Source: a virus. Taken from it: 64,000 bases of DNA. This document shows, piece after piece, positions 42,096 through 54,949 of the stretch; the first letter of the stretch is position 1; each line of letters opens with the position of its first letter. Location of the stretch: the IMG/VR virus record IMGVR_UViG_3300045995_000601; one strand, written 5' to 3'. Both the position numbers and the translations under genes were made by a program. The notes under the pieces were generated by a model. The model was not told where the DNA came from. It ran no database searches and saw only the letters and a program-made list of their open reading frames with translations.

Positions 42096-42451
42096 TGGAC
42101 GTATTCTTAATCATAATGATTTTATGCCTGGGTTCAGCAGCAATCGTACTTTGGGTGACGGGTGACAACAGAGCAGTTCTTATCACATTTATTACTGGTG
42201 TATGTTTCATCCTTTTAGTTTTGCTGCTAGGATTCACAACTAATTCTACCACTACCACAACTTACCAAATCACTGAAGAATGGGGTGGGATAAAATTTGA
42301 TCACCCCGTCAAGATAATCCTAACTGAAGTAAAGTATCCGCTAACTCTTATAAGAGACACGAAAACCTTTTTGGTAGAAACACGACCAAAGGAAATTATC
42401 GATGGCAAAATTCAAAAAGAACCAATTAATAAAGATCGGGTTACAGAATGA
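42095..42451 (+). CDS. two-TM membrane protein with C-terminal K-Y-P-x-T-L motif (paralog of 41416)
   Basis: HPVKIILTEVKYPLTLIRDTKTFLVETRPKE aligns with 41416 RPVKVIKKEIKYPYTLFKDYTEYMIITKEE. Confidence 0.45.
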   Translation: MDVFLIIMILCLGSAAIVLWVTGDNRAVLITFITGVCFILLVLLLGFTTNSTTTTTYQITEEWGGIKFDHPVKIILTEVKYPLTLIRDTKTFLVETRPKEIIDGKIQKEPINKDRVTE

Positions 42452-42596
42452 CTCGGAACGTACCATAGGGAAAATAAACAGGTGGGAGAAGACCGAGCAA
42501 GGTAATCTAAAAATTAATGTCCTAAGAGACAACGGGTCTACATGCTGGTTCATGGGGCAGCGCGCCGACCTATTTATAGAAAGTGTGGAGGGATAA

Positions 42597-42812
42597 ATGA
42601 GATCATGGAATTGGGTTTGGATATTACTTAACACACTAACATTCAATATGATTATCTTTGGTTGGATACCTGCCGACAAGTTTGACTTTAGCCTATATGT
42701 ATGTTTAGGTCTCGCAAATATCTCCATGATTTGTGGAATCCTCGGAGAGGTAACTAGAAATAATCCTGGTTTAACAGAGAACACAATAAACACTATAAGG
42801 AGAAACTGGTGA
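42597..42812 (+). CDS. small membrane protein
   Basis: Two hydrophobic segments. A GGAGGGATAAATG RBS is present. Confidence 0.35.
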   Translation: MRSWNWVWILLNTLTFNMIIFGWIPADKFDFSLYVCLGLANISMICGILGEVTRNNPGLTENTINTIRRNW

Positions 42813-42991
42813 ACACAACCATAAAAGTTATCCTACTCATTTTAGGAGCCATAGCAGCGATATGGGTTATCTCTATCATAGGGGGGTATATCATAAAGTT
42901 CGCATTTGGCTTGGCTGCTATCGCGGCAGTGTACTTCATCGTAAAGTATTATATGGACAAGGAGGCTAAGAATGAAAGCAAGCCTCGCTGA
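42809..42991 (+). CDS. small membrane protein
   Basis: A GGAG RBS is present. The protein is hydrophobic. Confidence 0.35.
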   Translation: MNTTIKVILLILGAIAAIWVISIIGGYIIKFAFGLAAIAAVYFIVKYYMDKEAKNESKPR

Positions 42992-43569
42992 ACGTACTCC
43001 TATCGTAGAGGAGTGTAAGACTGCAGGACAAGAAACTATACCTGATCCGACAGACACAGAAAAAAATAGCCAGAAGCGAAAGAAGATTGACCGAAGAGTT
43101 CCCTGCAAGAGAATCGAAGAGGACTTGTGTACAACTGTTCTCTGTCCTGCACTTAAATGGCGTGATGGAAAATCTTGTCCCTTTGCAATCGGATTGATGA
43201 TGGAAGAAGCGGCTAAGATTAAAGTCAATCCTCTTAAGGCCTCTAAGCGTGCGGCCGGGAAGTAAAGATGATTACTACTTTATTTGATGCATTAGATAAA
43301 TTAGGCTGGCCTAGAGATGATATAGCAGATGTTCTTTTTACAGTTGATGGGGACATCTGCTTTACTTTCTCCAGTCCCTATGAACCAGATTATTCTTTAT
43401 CTTTAGGCATAGCATTATATTGGGAAGCAGAAATGGGAGATACGGAAGCTCATCTGTGGCTAGAATTAGCCCACATAGAAGATGGATCACTAAAAGTCTG
43501 GGGGATTGATTGCCCCTTAGATATTACAGAAATTGATGTGATACTACGTAATCACAAAGGAAATGAGAA

Positions 43570-44346
43570 ATGGCAACAGGATTGATGGCGCACGTAGATA
43601 CGAAGCGCACAAGTTTGGAAAATGTTTTGAGTATACCTACACCGCCGCGCACCCGCACATATGGTGCAATTGGACATGGAGAACTTATTGAGTCTCTCAG
43701 TAATGCTATTGTAGACGCAGATTATGAAGTGATCAGTCAAGAATACTCACTGTCCAAAGATGGCGGTAAGATGTTTGGTGTGTGGGCACTTCAGGCTGAG
43801 AATGCTAAAAAAGAAACCGAAGCCGCAAAGATGGTTGGTTTCAGAAACAGCCTCAATAAGACAATGGCTGTTGGTCTTACCGCTGGCCGCCGCGTATTCG
43901 TATGCGATAACCTAGTGTTCTCAGGAGAATTCATTACCTACCATAAACATACTGGCAGGCTCACGCTTGAATACCTACAAGAAGAAGCTCACGAGGCTAT
44001 AGAAAGCATGGGCCAGAAACTTATAGACTTTGAGAACTGGCACGAGTCTCTTAAGAAGGTAGACCTGACTCGGGATGAGGGCGAAGAGCTTATGTGTGAA
44101 GCGGTTCGCACGCATGTATTACCCGAAGGGCAAATGGGAAAATTCTGGCGGCTGTACTTCAATAAGAAGAACGATGACAAGCCCGACGTAGAATATGAGG
44201 ATAATCTCTATGGCTTTCACGGTGCAGTCACTCAGATATGGAGTAAGAATTCTCTTATCGGGACAGGTTCACGCCATCGAGGCCTAGTCAAGTTGATGGA
44301 TCTTGCCAAACAGCAAGCAAAAGACAATATCCGACTGGACGACTAA
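43570..44346 (+). CDS. hypothetical protein
   Basis: 258 aa with no recognised motif. Confidence 0.45.
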   Translation: MATGLMAHVDTKRTSLENVLSIPTPPRTRTYGAIGHGELIESLSNAIVDADYEVISQEYSLSKDGGKMFGVWALQAENAKKETEAAKMVGFRNSLNKTMAVGLTAGRRVFVCDNLVFSGEFITYHKHTGRLTLEYLQEEAHEAIESMGQKLIDFENWHESLKKVDLTRDEGEELMCEAVRTHVLPEGQMGKFWRLYFNKKNDDKPDVEYEDNLYGFHGAVTQIWSKNSLIGTGSRHRGLVKLMDLAKQQAKDNIRLDD

Positions 44347-44853
44347 TGAAAAACATGGAAATTGATATAGACGAAGATCAAATTATGACCATCAGGGTAG
44401 ACCTGAAGAAAACATTCGGAAGATCTAAGTCTGGAAAAACTATTACAATCTCATCTTCCGAAGGGAATCATCCCGTTGTGGTAGGACGAGACGAGATTAT
44501 TGGATTGAATGTATATAAGAAAGGGTAAAAGATGTACCTCATACCAAGAAGTCTGAAGGATAAATATTTTGATGAGGACAGGGAAGAGAAACTTACACTT
44601 TGTTCTATAGGTAAAGTCTGGTATGTAGAGTATCTTAACTTCGGTTCTGATCCTCTAGAAAGCTCTGTCTCCTATTTTGATGATCATCTACAAGCACTGG
44701 GCTTCTTTGAGCTAGCGCACGATAGAGAAAGTTACTATGATCTCAGATTTGAGTTAGGAAAGCTAGCCCAGAATAAGAACCCCTATCCAAAAGAATGGCT
44801 TTGTAATGGTCTCATTTTTGGAGACGAGCAACGATGTCCTTAAAGGAGAAATT

Positions 44854-45198
44854 ATGCTATCACCAGAAGGTATCACTAATCTTATACAACACGCACTGCA
44901 CTGTGTCAATGATGATGTAATGATAGATATAGGTGTACAAGCCAATGCAATGAAAATGACATGCGATTCCTGTCCTGTTCTAGCATGCTCTCATTGCATT
45001 GATGACTGCCCCTATCCTGACGCATGGCCAACCTTGGCTGTTGTGAAAACAGATATGGGCATTGTAGTCATGGTAGAGTCCTACGTAATCGGGCACACCA
45101 AAGATAAAGGAAAGTTTGCTGGATACATACGTGTGTACGAAAATAACATACAAGTGGGCCAACAACCAATTATTATTACTTTACCTATAAGCCATTAA
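44854..45198 (+). CDS. hypothetical Cys-containing protein (start at Met with AAAGGAGAAATTATG RBS)
   Basis: ORF 44806..45198. The internal start with a strong RBS at 44854 is preferred. Confidence 0.4.
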   Translation: MLSPEGITNLIQHALHCVNDDVMIDIGVQANAMKMTCDSCPVLACSHCIDDCPYPDAWPTLAVVKTDMGIVVMVESYVIGHTKDKGKFAGYIRVYENNIQVGQQPIIITLPISH

Positions 45199-45708
45199 GG
45201 AGTGGGCCAAAGAGCGATGCCCTTGAAAGGAAATGTTGTGAATATCTATACTAGGTTGAAGGAGATCCTACGAGAGCTACATCAACTTGAAATGCACACC
45301 CATCCTACAAGTTTTGAGACCAAACGGGAGAGACTGGATGCTCTAGCTAGGATAAATGATATGCATATTGAACTCGTAGTGATGAGCAGAAATATTACTC
45401 GGCAACTACAGTAAGGAGCCCATCCTTATAAGTAACCTCCTCCACATATTAGCAAAATAATGTGCAGGAGGTACCAACATGGCACCAAGACGACAGGCAT
45501 GGACTTTAGCCGAAACCAAGAAGCTTATAGAGAACTTTGATAGCCCCATTCAAACCCTAGCAGAAATGTTTCCTAGACATTCTAAACCTAGTATAGAAAG
45601 AAAGATGACTAGGCTACGACAAGCCGGGAAGATAGGAAACAAGTCAGAGGAGACGGTTAAGGAAGCCTACAAACTCAGACAAAGTAACACCAAGAAAAAA
45701 CCAATACG

Positions 45709-46182
45709 ATGACTATGCATAAGACTACCCAAGATCGGATTACAAACCTGGTCTTTATGGTGAAACACGAACTACAAGGCTATCAAGTAGGGCGCTTTTC
45801 TAAAGAGCCTGTATTTGGTGTAATAGACTTGCCTATGTTTGGTTTGCGTTTTAAACTTATACCCCAAGTCACTCCTGATGATGATAAGTTTAGAGTCATT
45901 ACTATCACTGCGGAAGAAGACTTCGATACGGACGAATTGTTTTTGGAACTCGTCTCTTCTGGCTATTTGTTTTGGTTACGCAATCAACGCAGCACACATG
46001 GCTACTTGAACATCTTATCTCATCGTAACAGATGGAAACTCATATTGGATGCTGCCAAGAAGCGCGCGCTACAAACCAAGAAAGGCGAGTTTCGCACACA
46101 ATATCTTAACCAGTTATCCCGTGAAAATTTCATGGACTTGTATCACCGAGATCCAACCGTCTTTGATTGGATGTTATTATAG
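45709..46182 (+). CDS. hypothetical protein
   Basis: 157 aa. The start overlaps the previous stop. Confidence 0.4.
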   Translation: MTMHKTTQDRITNLVFMVKHELQGYQVGRFSKEPVFGVIDLPMFGLRFKLIPQVTPDDDKFRVITITAEEDFDTDELFLELVSSGYLFWLRNQRSTHGYLNILSHRNRWKLILDAAKKRALQTKKGEFRTQYLNQLSRENFMDLYHRDPTVFDWMLL

Positions 46183-46194
46183 AAAGGAAGAAAA

Positions 46195-46395
46195 ATGAAG
46201 AAACTTATGTTAGTAATTCTCAGCGCCGCATTGTTGAGTGGATGTGCAGGCCTGGACATTCTCTCAAAAAACCTAAAGGGCCATATAGATCTTCAATATC
46301 AAGACCAGACATCCGATGTCAAATTGGATATGACAAAGGACCGTCTATATGGCTCCATGTCGATTTCTGACCCCAATAAACTGAAAGGAAAATGA
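46195..46395 (+). CDS. small lipoprotein (lipobox LLSGC)
   Basis: A GGAAG RBS is present. The N-terminus reads MKKLMLVILSAALLSGCAG. Confidence 0.45.
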   Translation: MKKLMLVILSAALLSGCAGLDILSKNLKGHIDLQYQDQTSDVKLDMTKDRLYGSMSISDPNKLKGK

Positions 46396-46673
46396 AAAAA
46401 TATAAACTAAATTTTGTATGTCCCGACTGTGGCCACACACAACTCACTAAGGCAACCTATGGAGTCATTATGTATGATCGAATAAATCGTATTGAAGATG
46501 ACAACGGTCTCATATATGCCCCCGCGGAAGCCGACGATTATGATATTGACTATTCAGATTCATACATGGTTGAGATTGTGTGTGACCACTGCACATTTGT
46601 GGTTGGAGATGACACACCGGAGGCCTTGGATTGGCTTACCGAGCATCATATGGTTGAGGAGATGCAGGAATGA
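46392..46673 (+). CDS. zinc-ribbon small protein
   Basis: CPDCGH...CDHC. Confidence 0.4.
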   Translation: MKKYKLNFVCPDCGHTQLTKATYGVIMYDRINRIEDDNGLIYAPAEADDYDIDYSDSYMVEIVCDHCTFVVGDDTPEALDWLTEHHMVEEMQE

Positions 46674-46915
46674 GTGTATTCTTACAATGCCCTAAATGCG
46701 GCAGTACTATTGTACACGTGTATGAATTCTTAAATATCGAACGGGTATTTCAATCCCTCGACCCTGATAAAATGTGGGATGAAATGGAGATAGTCCACGA
46801 GGAACCAACGGGAGAACCTCTCTTATTTCAATGTCAGTATCGTAATTGTCTGCATGAATGGAACGAACCTCCATACCATACACGCATAGATGAACTAGTA
46901 GGAAACAATGGCTGA
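46670..46915 (+). CDS. zinc-ribbon small protein
   Basis: CPKCGS...CQYRNC. Confidence 0.4.
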   Translation: MSVFLQCPKCGSTIVHVYEFLNIERVFQSLDPDKMWDEMEIVHEEPTGEPLLFQCQYRNCLHEWNEPPYHTRIDELVGNNG

Positions 46916-47279
46916 AGGAAAACTAATATATGAACCTATCCCCATAGATTGGGATGGTAAATGGGATAAAATAGAAGAAGACATAAACCAGAACTGGAAA
47001 AATCTGGAGGAATGCGACCGCACCGCCCGATCACACGGGTGGTTAGTGGGCCGATACTTTAGAATAGCCATAGCAGATGGTGCCGCCGTTTACCAAGTAG
47101 TAGGCGTAAGTGCCCGGAGAGCAAACATACAACTCATAACAGGTATAGGAGATGATTGGCAAGATCGTTACTATGGTTCAGGTGGTTCCTTTGCTAGGGA
47201 AGAAATACTCCGACGCATAGAATTAGAACCAGACAAGACCATACTTGATAGGATGGCAGCAAAAGCGAAAGGAGAATAA
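46908..47279 (+). CDS. hypothetical protein
   Basis: 123 aa. Confidence 0.4.
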   Translation: MAEGKLIYEPIPIDWDGKWDKIEEDINQNWKNLEECDRTARSHGWLVGRYFRIAIADGAAVYQVVGVSARRANIQLITGIGDDWQDRYYGSGGSFAREEILRRIELEPDKTILDRMAAKAKGE

Positions 47280-47709
47280 CATGACTGCCACATATATATA
47301 CGCATCCTTGGCTGTTCTGTTGGGTATTGTTGGGATCATATGGAATGGAGCCATTATTATTGCTGGACACCCCATAGGTTGGCTAGGCTTTTCTCTAGCT
47401 AGCATAGGTTTTATCATTGGTCTGATCGTAATTAGTGGGTAAAATAATATGCCTCTACTAAATAACCAAGAAGAGTGGGAGCAGTGGATCAAAGAGCATG
47501 AGGGGCCGATTATTAAAATAAGAAGTCAAAAGTTACATGATCCGTATGTTGCCTATGACGGGGAACCAAAGGAATTCCCTTGTTGGATGACCTATTATCA
47601 TTTCAGTCCTGATTGCGGAACTGCTCATTATTGGTGTGAATTCATCTACCAAAACGAAAATGGACAATGGGATTTAGAAACATATGAAAGGGAAATAGGG
47701 TGGGGATAA

Positions 47710-48153
47710 ATGAAAAAGGTTCTGCTAGTTGCAGTAATTCTAATGTTTGGGGTATCTACACTAGTAGCCGCCCCTAAGCCTCCTGCCGAAGAAACTATGA
47801 CTCTCTCTAATCTGAGAAAAATGCTAGGGGACAAAACTAAGATAACATCCTACCAGAAATATCTCACGATAGAGAAACTAAAAAGGAAATTTATAACTGG
47901 GGAAGGAAAAGTAATAGATATCAAGAGAGATGTATCTGTTACCGGGGGAACTAGAATTTTAGCTCATCTTCAACTGGAGGATGTGCAAAGGACCTTTGTA
48001 TTGGTATTACGTAAGGGAGCGCCCGCAGCCAATATATCAGTGGGACAGCGAGTTAAATTCAAAGGCAGAATTGAGCAGCCGTCTATACTGGATGATACTC
48101 CTACACTGACAGATGGAACACTAGAAATAATAGTTTCGGAGAAACTCCCATGA
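47710..48153 (+). CDS. secreted protein (signal peptide)
   Basis: The N-terminus reads MKKVLLVAVILMFGVSTLVAAPKP. Confidence 0.45.
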   Translation: MKKVLLVAVILMFGVSTLVAAPKPPAEETMTLSNLRKMLGDKTKITSYQKYLTIEKLKRKFITGEGKVIDIKRDVSVTGGTRILAHLQLEDVQRTFVLVLRKGAPAANISVGQRVKFKGRIEQPSILDDTPTLTDGTLEIIVSEKLP

Positions 48154-48858
48154 ACAAACAACTAAAGAAGGAGTTGATACTTATTGGGATAGGAATAATC
48201 CTTGCTATCCTTGTGGGACGTTATTCGTCTGATCTCCCGCCGATATTGGATGATAGGCTACCAGAAACACATACGGAAAGAGTAAAATGACGGAATCAAA
48301 TGAGTACCAAACAACAATACTGGAGACCTTAAAAGATATTACGAAAAAATTGAACTCCATGCCTTTTCATATCACGCAGGCTCTTGTTGAGTGTGATAAT
48401 ATAAGGAATCATATCTATGATCTGCCCTACGGTGCAACACCTGACCTCTTACTCAAGAGCACCCTAGAGTATCTAATCAACCAGATCTACAATATTACCA
48501 AACTTACATGGGAACTAGAAACCTGTGAAGACATGATGCTAAGCCCTTGCGGATGGGACGTAGAGCACCTAGACAACAGAGACGAATATATGGTGGTGGA
48601 GAAAACTTAGTGGGAAGGGACCCGGATAAAAATAGAGAGTATCAAAAACAATATTATCTCGATAACTCAAACAAAATAAAAGAATCTGCGAAACTCTCTT
48701 ATCCAAAGCTAAAGATTGGGACAACCTTATACAACCAGAATTAGACAAAACATGTCTACTTTGTGGGAATTGCCATAGGTCGGTCCATTTTGGGAGGTAT
48801 AACCATATTAACTTAATTCCGGGCCCGCGCCCAAAAAAATGAGGCATAGACAAACTTA

Positions 48859-49308
48859 ATGGGTTATTGTATGAGCGTGATGGAAGCAAGTTTCATCATA
48901 CCAGAAAAAAATAAAGCAGGGGCACTAGAAGCAATCAAGAAACTGTGCGAACAAGAACAAGAGATCGGAGGAGGTGGTTGTTCCACTATAGGGACCGATG
49001 GTAGTCGCGGGTGGAAGAAACACTTCTCTTGGGTTGATTCTAGTGTCCTGCTAAAAGCAGAAACTCTCTATGAAGCCATGGAAGAATGGGGATGGATTAT
49101 AGAGGAAGATGATTATGGAGAAGTGCACGATATATACTTTGAGCGCGAGAAGATAGGTGACGAAGAGTATTTGTTCAATGCAATTGCACCCTTCGTAGAA
49201 GATGGATCATATATCCAAATGCACGGTGAAGATGATTATATCTGGAGATGGGTATTCATAAATGGTGAGTGCCATGATGTTGGTGGACGCGTAGTATTTG
49301 ATGAATAA
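48859..49308 (+). CDS. hypothetical acidic protein
   Basis: 149 aa. Confidence 0.4.
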   Translation: MGYCMSVMEASFIIPEKNKAGALEAIKKLCEQEQEIGGGGCSTIGTDGSRGWKKHFSWVDSSVLLKAETLYEAMEEWGWIIEEDDYGEVHDIYFEREKIGDEEYLFNAIAPFVEDGSYIQMHGEDDYIWRWVFINGECHDVGGRVVFDE

Positions 49309-49319
49309 GGAATAAAAAG

Positions 49320-49844
49320 GTGGCAGATTACTGGTTTACGGCTGATACTCATTTTAGCCATAATAATATAAGACGTTATTGTGAACGACCCTTTGACAAC
49401 GTGGATGATATGGATGAGGCTATGATTGAGAACTGGAATAAGCTCGTCAAACCAAATGATTTTATATATCACTTAGGTGACTTTGGATTTGGTGACTGCC
49501 TATCTATCTTCCGGCGCCTCCGAGGGCGTAAGTATTTAATAAAAGGTAACCATGATAGAAATCCCACGCTCAAGTTTGATTGGACGTGGGTTAAAGATAC
49601 AGCAATGATAACTGTGAACAATGAATATATATGGCTCAGCCATTATGCACACCGTTCATGGAATAGGTCCTTCCATGGGTCCTGGCATCTCTTTGGGCAC
49701 GCCCATGGGAAGCTAGGACCCTATGCTGGATCTATGGATATAGGAGTTGACGGGCACGATTTCAAGCCCTGGAACTTCGATGAGCTCGCCCCAATTATAG
49801 AACATCTACAAGTGATTTGGGGCATAAAGGAACCTGTATATTAA
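49320..49844 (+). CDS. calcineurin-like metallophosphoesterase (lambda-type Ser/Thr phosphatase / diadenosine tetraphosphatase-like)
   Basis: FTADTHF (GDxHG-like), HLGDFGFGD (GDxxDRG-like), KGNHD (GNHE/D). Confidence 0.65.
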   Translation: MADYWFTADTHFSHNNIRRYCERPFDNVDDMDEAMIENWNKLVKPNDFIYHLGDFGFGDCLSIFRRLRGRKYLIKGNHDRNPTLKFDWTWVKDTAMITVNNEYIWLSHYAHRSWNRSFHGSWHLFGHAHGKLGPYAGSMDIGVDGHDFKPWNFDELAPIIEHLQVIWGIKEPVY

Positions 49845-50308
49845 TGTTAATACGAAAAAGATTTGTCACCAACTCTAGCACATCATCATATCTAATTTAT
49901 GGTGTTGGTGTTACAAATGATGAAGTCAGTAAGGTTCTTGAACTTGCGATAAAAGCTGCTACACCAGAGAAACTCAAGGCGGCCGCGAAAGCATATGGTA
50001 ACGAGAATGAAGATCTTACCAATCCTGAAAATTGGAAAGCAATGATAGAAGATCTGGACTCCTATGATACATCAGAACTTGTGAGCATGCTTCTTCCTGG
50101 GCTCAAGTTTATGTGTAGCTATGAGTGGGGGCATGCAGATAATTATTTATACATAGACAAGTCCCTTGGTACAGTGTGTGATGGGCTAAAAGTTTCATTT
50201 ACCGATATAACTCCTGATGATTATGACCAACTCTTAAATCTTGCCAAGGCAGCTAACCTTGAAGACCAGAATATCGGATTTGATCATTGGGCTTCGTCGG
50301 ACTACTAA
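49817..50308 (+). CDS. R-x-R-F-V-T-N-S-S-T-S-S family protein (member 3)
   Basis: MLIRKRFVTNSSTSSYLIYGVG. Confidence 0.45.
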   Translation: MGHKGTCILMLIRKRFVTNSSTSSYLIYGVGVTNDEVSKVLELAIKAATPEKLKAAAKAYGNENEDLTNPENWKAMIEDLDSYDTSELVSMLLPGLKFMCSYEWGHADNYLYIDKSLGTVCDGLKVSFTDITPDDYDQLLNLAKAANLEDQNIGFDHWASSDY

Positions 50309-50309
50309 G

Positions 50310-50585
50310 ATGCATCAAGACAAGTATATGTGTCCTATATGTGGTGAGGGCGACGGGTTTTTTATCCTCATGAAAGGTGCAGAGGAAACTGAATCGATTG
50401 GCTTTGATGAAGACGGAGAAATATGGTACGGAGAAATAGAAACCTTCTTCGATAATGCATATGTAAGCCACATTGGGTGTGAATGCGGACATATATTTAC
50501 TACCCAAGGGGGCAAGGCTATTACGACCACAGAGGAATTAAAGAAATGTTTTGACGAGGGTAGCCTAGATGTTGATACGTCATAA
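50310..50585 (+). CDS. Cys-containing small protein (start trimmed to non-overlapping Met)
   Basis: MHQDKYMCPICGEGDG...CECGH. Confidence 0.35.
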   Translation: MHQDKYMCPICGEGDGFFILMKGAEETESIGFDEDGEIWYGEIETFFDNAYVSHIGCECGHIFTTQGGKAITTTEELKKCFDEGSLDVDTS

Positions 50586-50994
50586 ATACATAACTAACAG
50601 CTCCTGCTCAGGCTTCATAGCTTGGGGAGTGCTAATATCTAACAAACAATATTATGGCCTGCCTGCAGATTCACATGCCCGCATTGGGAGTGAGGATGGA
50701 AAAGTTATTATCCAACATGCTAGTGACGATACTTGCATCGTAGGGATATTTGACTCCCTTCATCATCAATCTCTACATGACCCAGACAGCATATCATCAG
50801 GCATATACTCTGTGGGAAAAGCTATCAATGGGGAGTGGCAAATGATGCCCATAGTTAACATAGGCCATTACATAAAAGAACCAAAGGACTATGACGATTG
50901 GGAAAAGTCCCTTAGATCTTTCTTAAAGAAGAACGGCCTCTTTAATTTGAATACATATGAACCCAAATGGTTATACGTAAGGAGATATGAATGA
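50569..50994 (+). CDS. R-x-K-Y-I-T-N-S-S-C-S family protein (member 4)
   Basis: MLIRHKYITNSSCSGFIAWG. Confidence 0.45.
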   Translation: MLIRHKYITNSSCSGFIAWGVLISNKQYYGLPADSHARIGSEDGKVIIQHASDDTCIVGIFDSLHHQSLHDPDSISSGIYSVGKAINGEWQMMPIVNIGHYIKEPKDYDDWEKSLRSFLKKNGLFNLNTYEPKWLYVRRYE

Positions 50995-51260
50995 TATTTG
51001 ATTTCACAATGGATGAACTTTTGGATGCTCTGGAAGTGTATGCTAAAACGGACACACCTGTAGGTTCAGGACTTGCAGAGTTCCTAAACATAGTAACTGA
51101 GGAAATACTGAGTAAGGTAAATGGTCGATTACCTACCCTTGAGGTTATGAAGGCTATATTTGCTAATGGAATATTTGTAGGTATGTTTGTGGCTCAGCAA
51201 AGGAAGCACGATCCATTTGAGATGGATCTTGATCCACAACACAACAAGTATCTTCACTAA
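50991..51260 (+). CDS. hypothetical small protein
   Basis: 89 aa. The start overlaps the previous stop. Confidence 0.35.
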   Translation: MIFDFTMDELLDALEVYAKTDTPVGSGLAEFLNIVTEEILSKVNGRLPTLEVMKAIFANGIFVGMFVAQQRKHDPFEMDLDPQHNKYLH

Positions 51261-51267
51261 GGAGTGA

Positions 51268-53277
<2,010 letters not shown>

Positions 53278-53338
53278 ATCGCCAGCGCGCTCTCAAGGAC
53301 TCTACTTGGTGTAAAATTAATAAAAGGAGGTACATATT

Positions 53339-53494
53339 ATGCATCTAATTGCAAATTGGGGATTTATCTTGCTGGCCATTTGGTTAATAGTGACTGGCGT
53401 TTGTGTTGTTTTTGCTGTAGGACATCCAGTTCTCCATGTCATATTAGGAATAATAGCCATCTTTGCAGGTGTGCTTATTCTAATTGGCAGGTAG
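53339..53494 (+). CDS. small membrane protein (51 aa)
   Basis: An AAAGGAGG RBS lies 10 nt upstream. It is fully hydrophobic (MHLIANWGFILLAIWLIVTGVCVVFAVGHPVLHVILGIIAIFAGVLILIGR). It is not in the supplied ORF table because it is shorter than 60 aa. Confidence 0.45.
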   Translation: MHLIANWGFILLAIWLIVTGVCVVFAVGHPVLHVILGIIAIFAGVLILIGR

Positions 53495-53793
53495 CCTAGG
53501 AATTAAATAATGATAGAATTGTTGGTGATAATTATACTCATCATCATCCTATTTAGATTTTTACGTTAATAGAATGAAAGAATAATATGCTGAGTAGAGT
53601 CAGCGAGAAGAGGATATGAGAGTATGTATAACAAATCGGTTGGCGAATGGAACCTCCACCAATGTGCCGAATGCGGTCACGATGATGGCTCGGTAAATAG
53701 AGGATCAGAGGACCAGCGTAAATGGTTTTGCAGTGAGATATGTTTTATGCTGGCGTCCATAAAAAACAGAAAAGAAAAAGAAAGGAACAGAGA

Positions 53794-54192
53794 ATGAAAA
53801 AGTATTTTGCTGTTATAACAGTGATTCTATCGCTGCTATTTTGCTTGTCTATTGCCAGTGCAGAAGATAAATGCACCTCTATGCAAAAATCCATGCAGCA
53901 GTATGAAATTCTGATAGGGGTCAGCAAAGATAAAAATCTAACCAAAGAACAGATAGACGCAAAAATAGCGGCGGCTGCCCAACAATGGACAACTACGATT
54001 GCAGAGGTAGCACAACAAGACCTTGCTCTGCTGGAGGCTTTTGTGGGCCTGATGAACCGTTTTGATCGAGCTCTCAAAGCAGGAAAGGCTAATAACCTGG
54101 AATTGAGGGATAGTTTTATGAATGAAGCTAGGAAAAAGTTTCAAGAAATGAGGGAGATCTGCCCGAGCTTAACCTTCAATCCAGGAATATAA
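53794..54192 (+). CDS. secreted protein (signal peptide; start at internal Met of ORF 53740)
   Basis: The N-terminus reads MKKYFAVITVILSLLFCLSIASAEDKC. Confidence 0.45.
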   Translation: MKKYFAVITVILSLLFCLSIASAEDKCTSMQKSMQQYEILIGVSKDKNLTKEQIDAKIAAAAQQWTTTIAEVAQQDLALLEAFVGLMNRFDRALKAGKANNLELRDSFMNEARKKFQEMREICPSLTFNPGI

Positions 54193-54203
54193 AGAGGAAC
54201 ATA

Positions 54204-54650
54204 ATGAAGAAATTAAGTAAAGTCCTGCTTGTGGTTATTATATGTGGTCTATTTACCGTGGGTATAATTACACCAGTAAAGGCCCAGATGATGGGAGAGA
54301 TGCAGCCCCATATGGGCATGAAAATAGGCATGCAGAAGATGACAGACGGTGCTATAATATTAAAAGCCGTTTTCAACCTAGTAGATGAGGGAGCGGACAT
54401 AACTAAAATGTTGCCTATGCTAAAAGAAGCCAACAAGATGATACAAGAAGGCAGCGAAATGGTAGCCAAAGCCCAGAAGCAAGCAGCCGTGCAACCGAAA
54501 CCAGCCATGCAACATAAAATGGATAATGGTGGCAAAATGTTGCAGAAGAAAAAAACACCAGACATGAATAAGAGGCATATAAAGTTACATGAAGTAATGC
54601 CACCTAAGAAGGATGCTGAGCCTAAGCCAGTTATAAATCCCACTAGATAA
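54204..54650 (+). CDS. secreted Met/Lys-rich protein (signal peptide)
   Basis: A GAGGAACATAATG RBS is present. The signal peptide reads MKKLSKVLLVVIICGLFTVGIITPVKA, followed by a Met-rich sequence (MMGEMQPHMGMKIGMQKM), which may indicate metal binding. Confidence 0.45.
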   Translation: MKKLSKVLLVVIICGLFTVGIITPVKAQMMGEMQPHMGMKIGMQKMTDGAIILKAVFNLVDEGADITKMLPMLKEANKMIQEGSEMVAKAQKQAAVQPKPAMQHKMDNGGKMLQKKKTPDMNKRHIKLHEVMPPKKDAEPKPVINPTR

Positions 54651-54661
54651 TGAGGGGTTAA

Positions 54662-54949
54662 ATGCTAAAAGAAAACGATCCGATGATAGAAGAGTGGAGA
54701 CGGATCAATCTTGGTGGCCGAAAATATGTTAAAGGTGTGCATGATAGTCTAAACGTCTATGATGATATCTCATATGGGAAATGTAAAAAGTGTAAATGGG
54801 AAGGTTATGTTTACCCAGTCTATGATGGTGGGCCCTTTGGGGGACTTGAAGTTTGTCCCAAGTGTAATTGGACAGTTATGGGAAAATTACATGTTGGTAA
54901 AGATTGGGTATATCTTGAACTAGAGGATGAGGAAGAGGACGAAGAATAA
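54662..54949 (+). CDS. Cys-containing small protein
   Basis: CKKCKW...CPKCNW. Confidence 0.4.
   Translation: MLKENDPMIEEWRRINLGGRKYVKGVHDSLNVYDDISYGKCKKCKWEGYVYPVYDGGPFGGLEVCPKCNWTVMGKLHVGKDWVYLELEDEEEDEE

Noticed and set aside
42341-42793. Minus-strand 150-aa ORF
   Set aside because: It is antisense to the tandem small membrane-protein genes, which have RBSs and paralogues.
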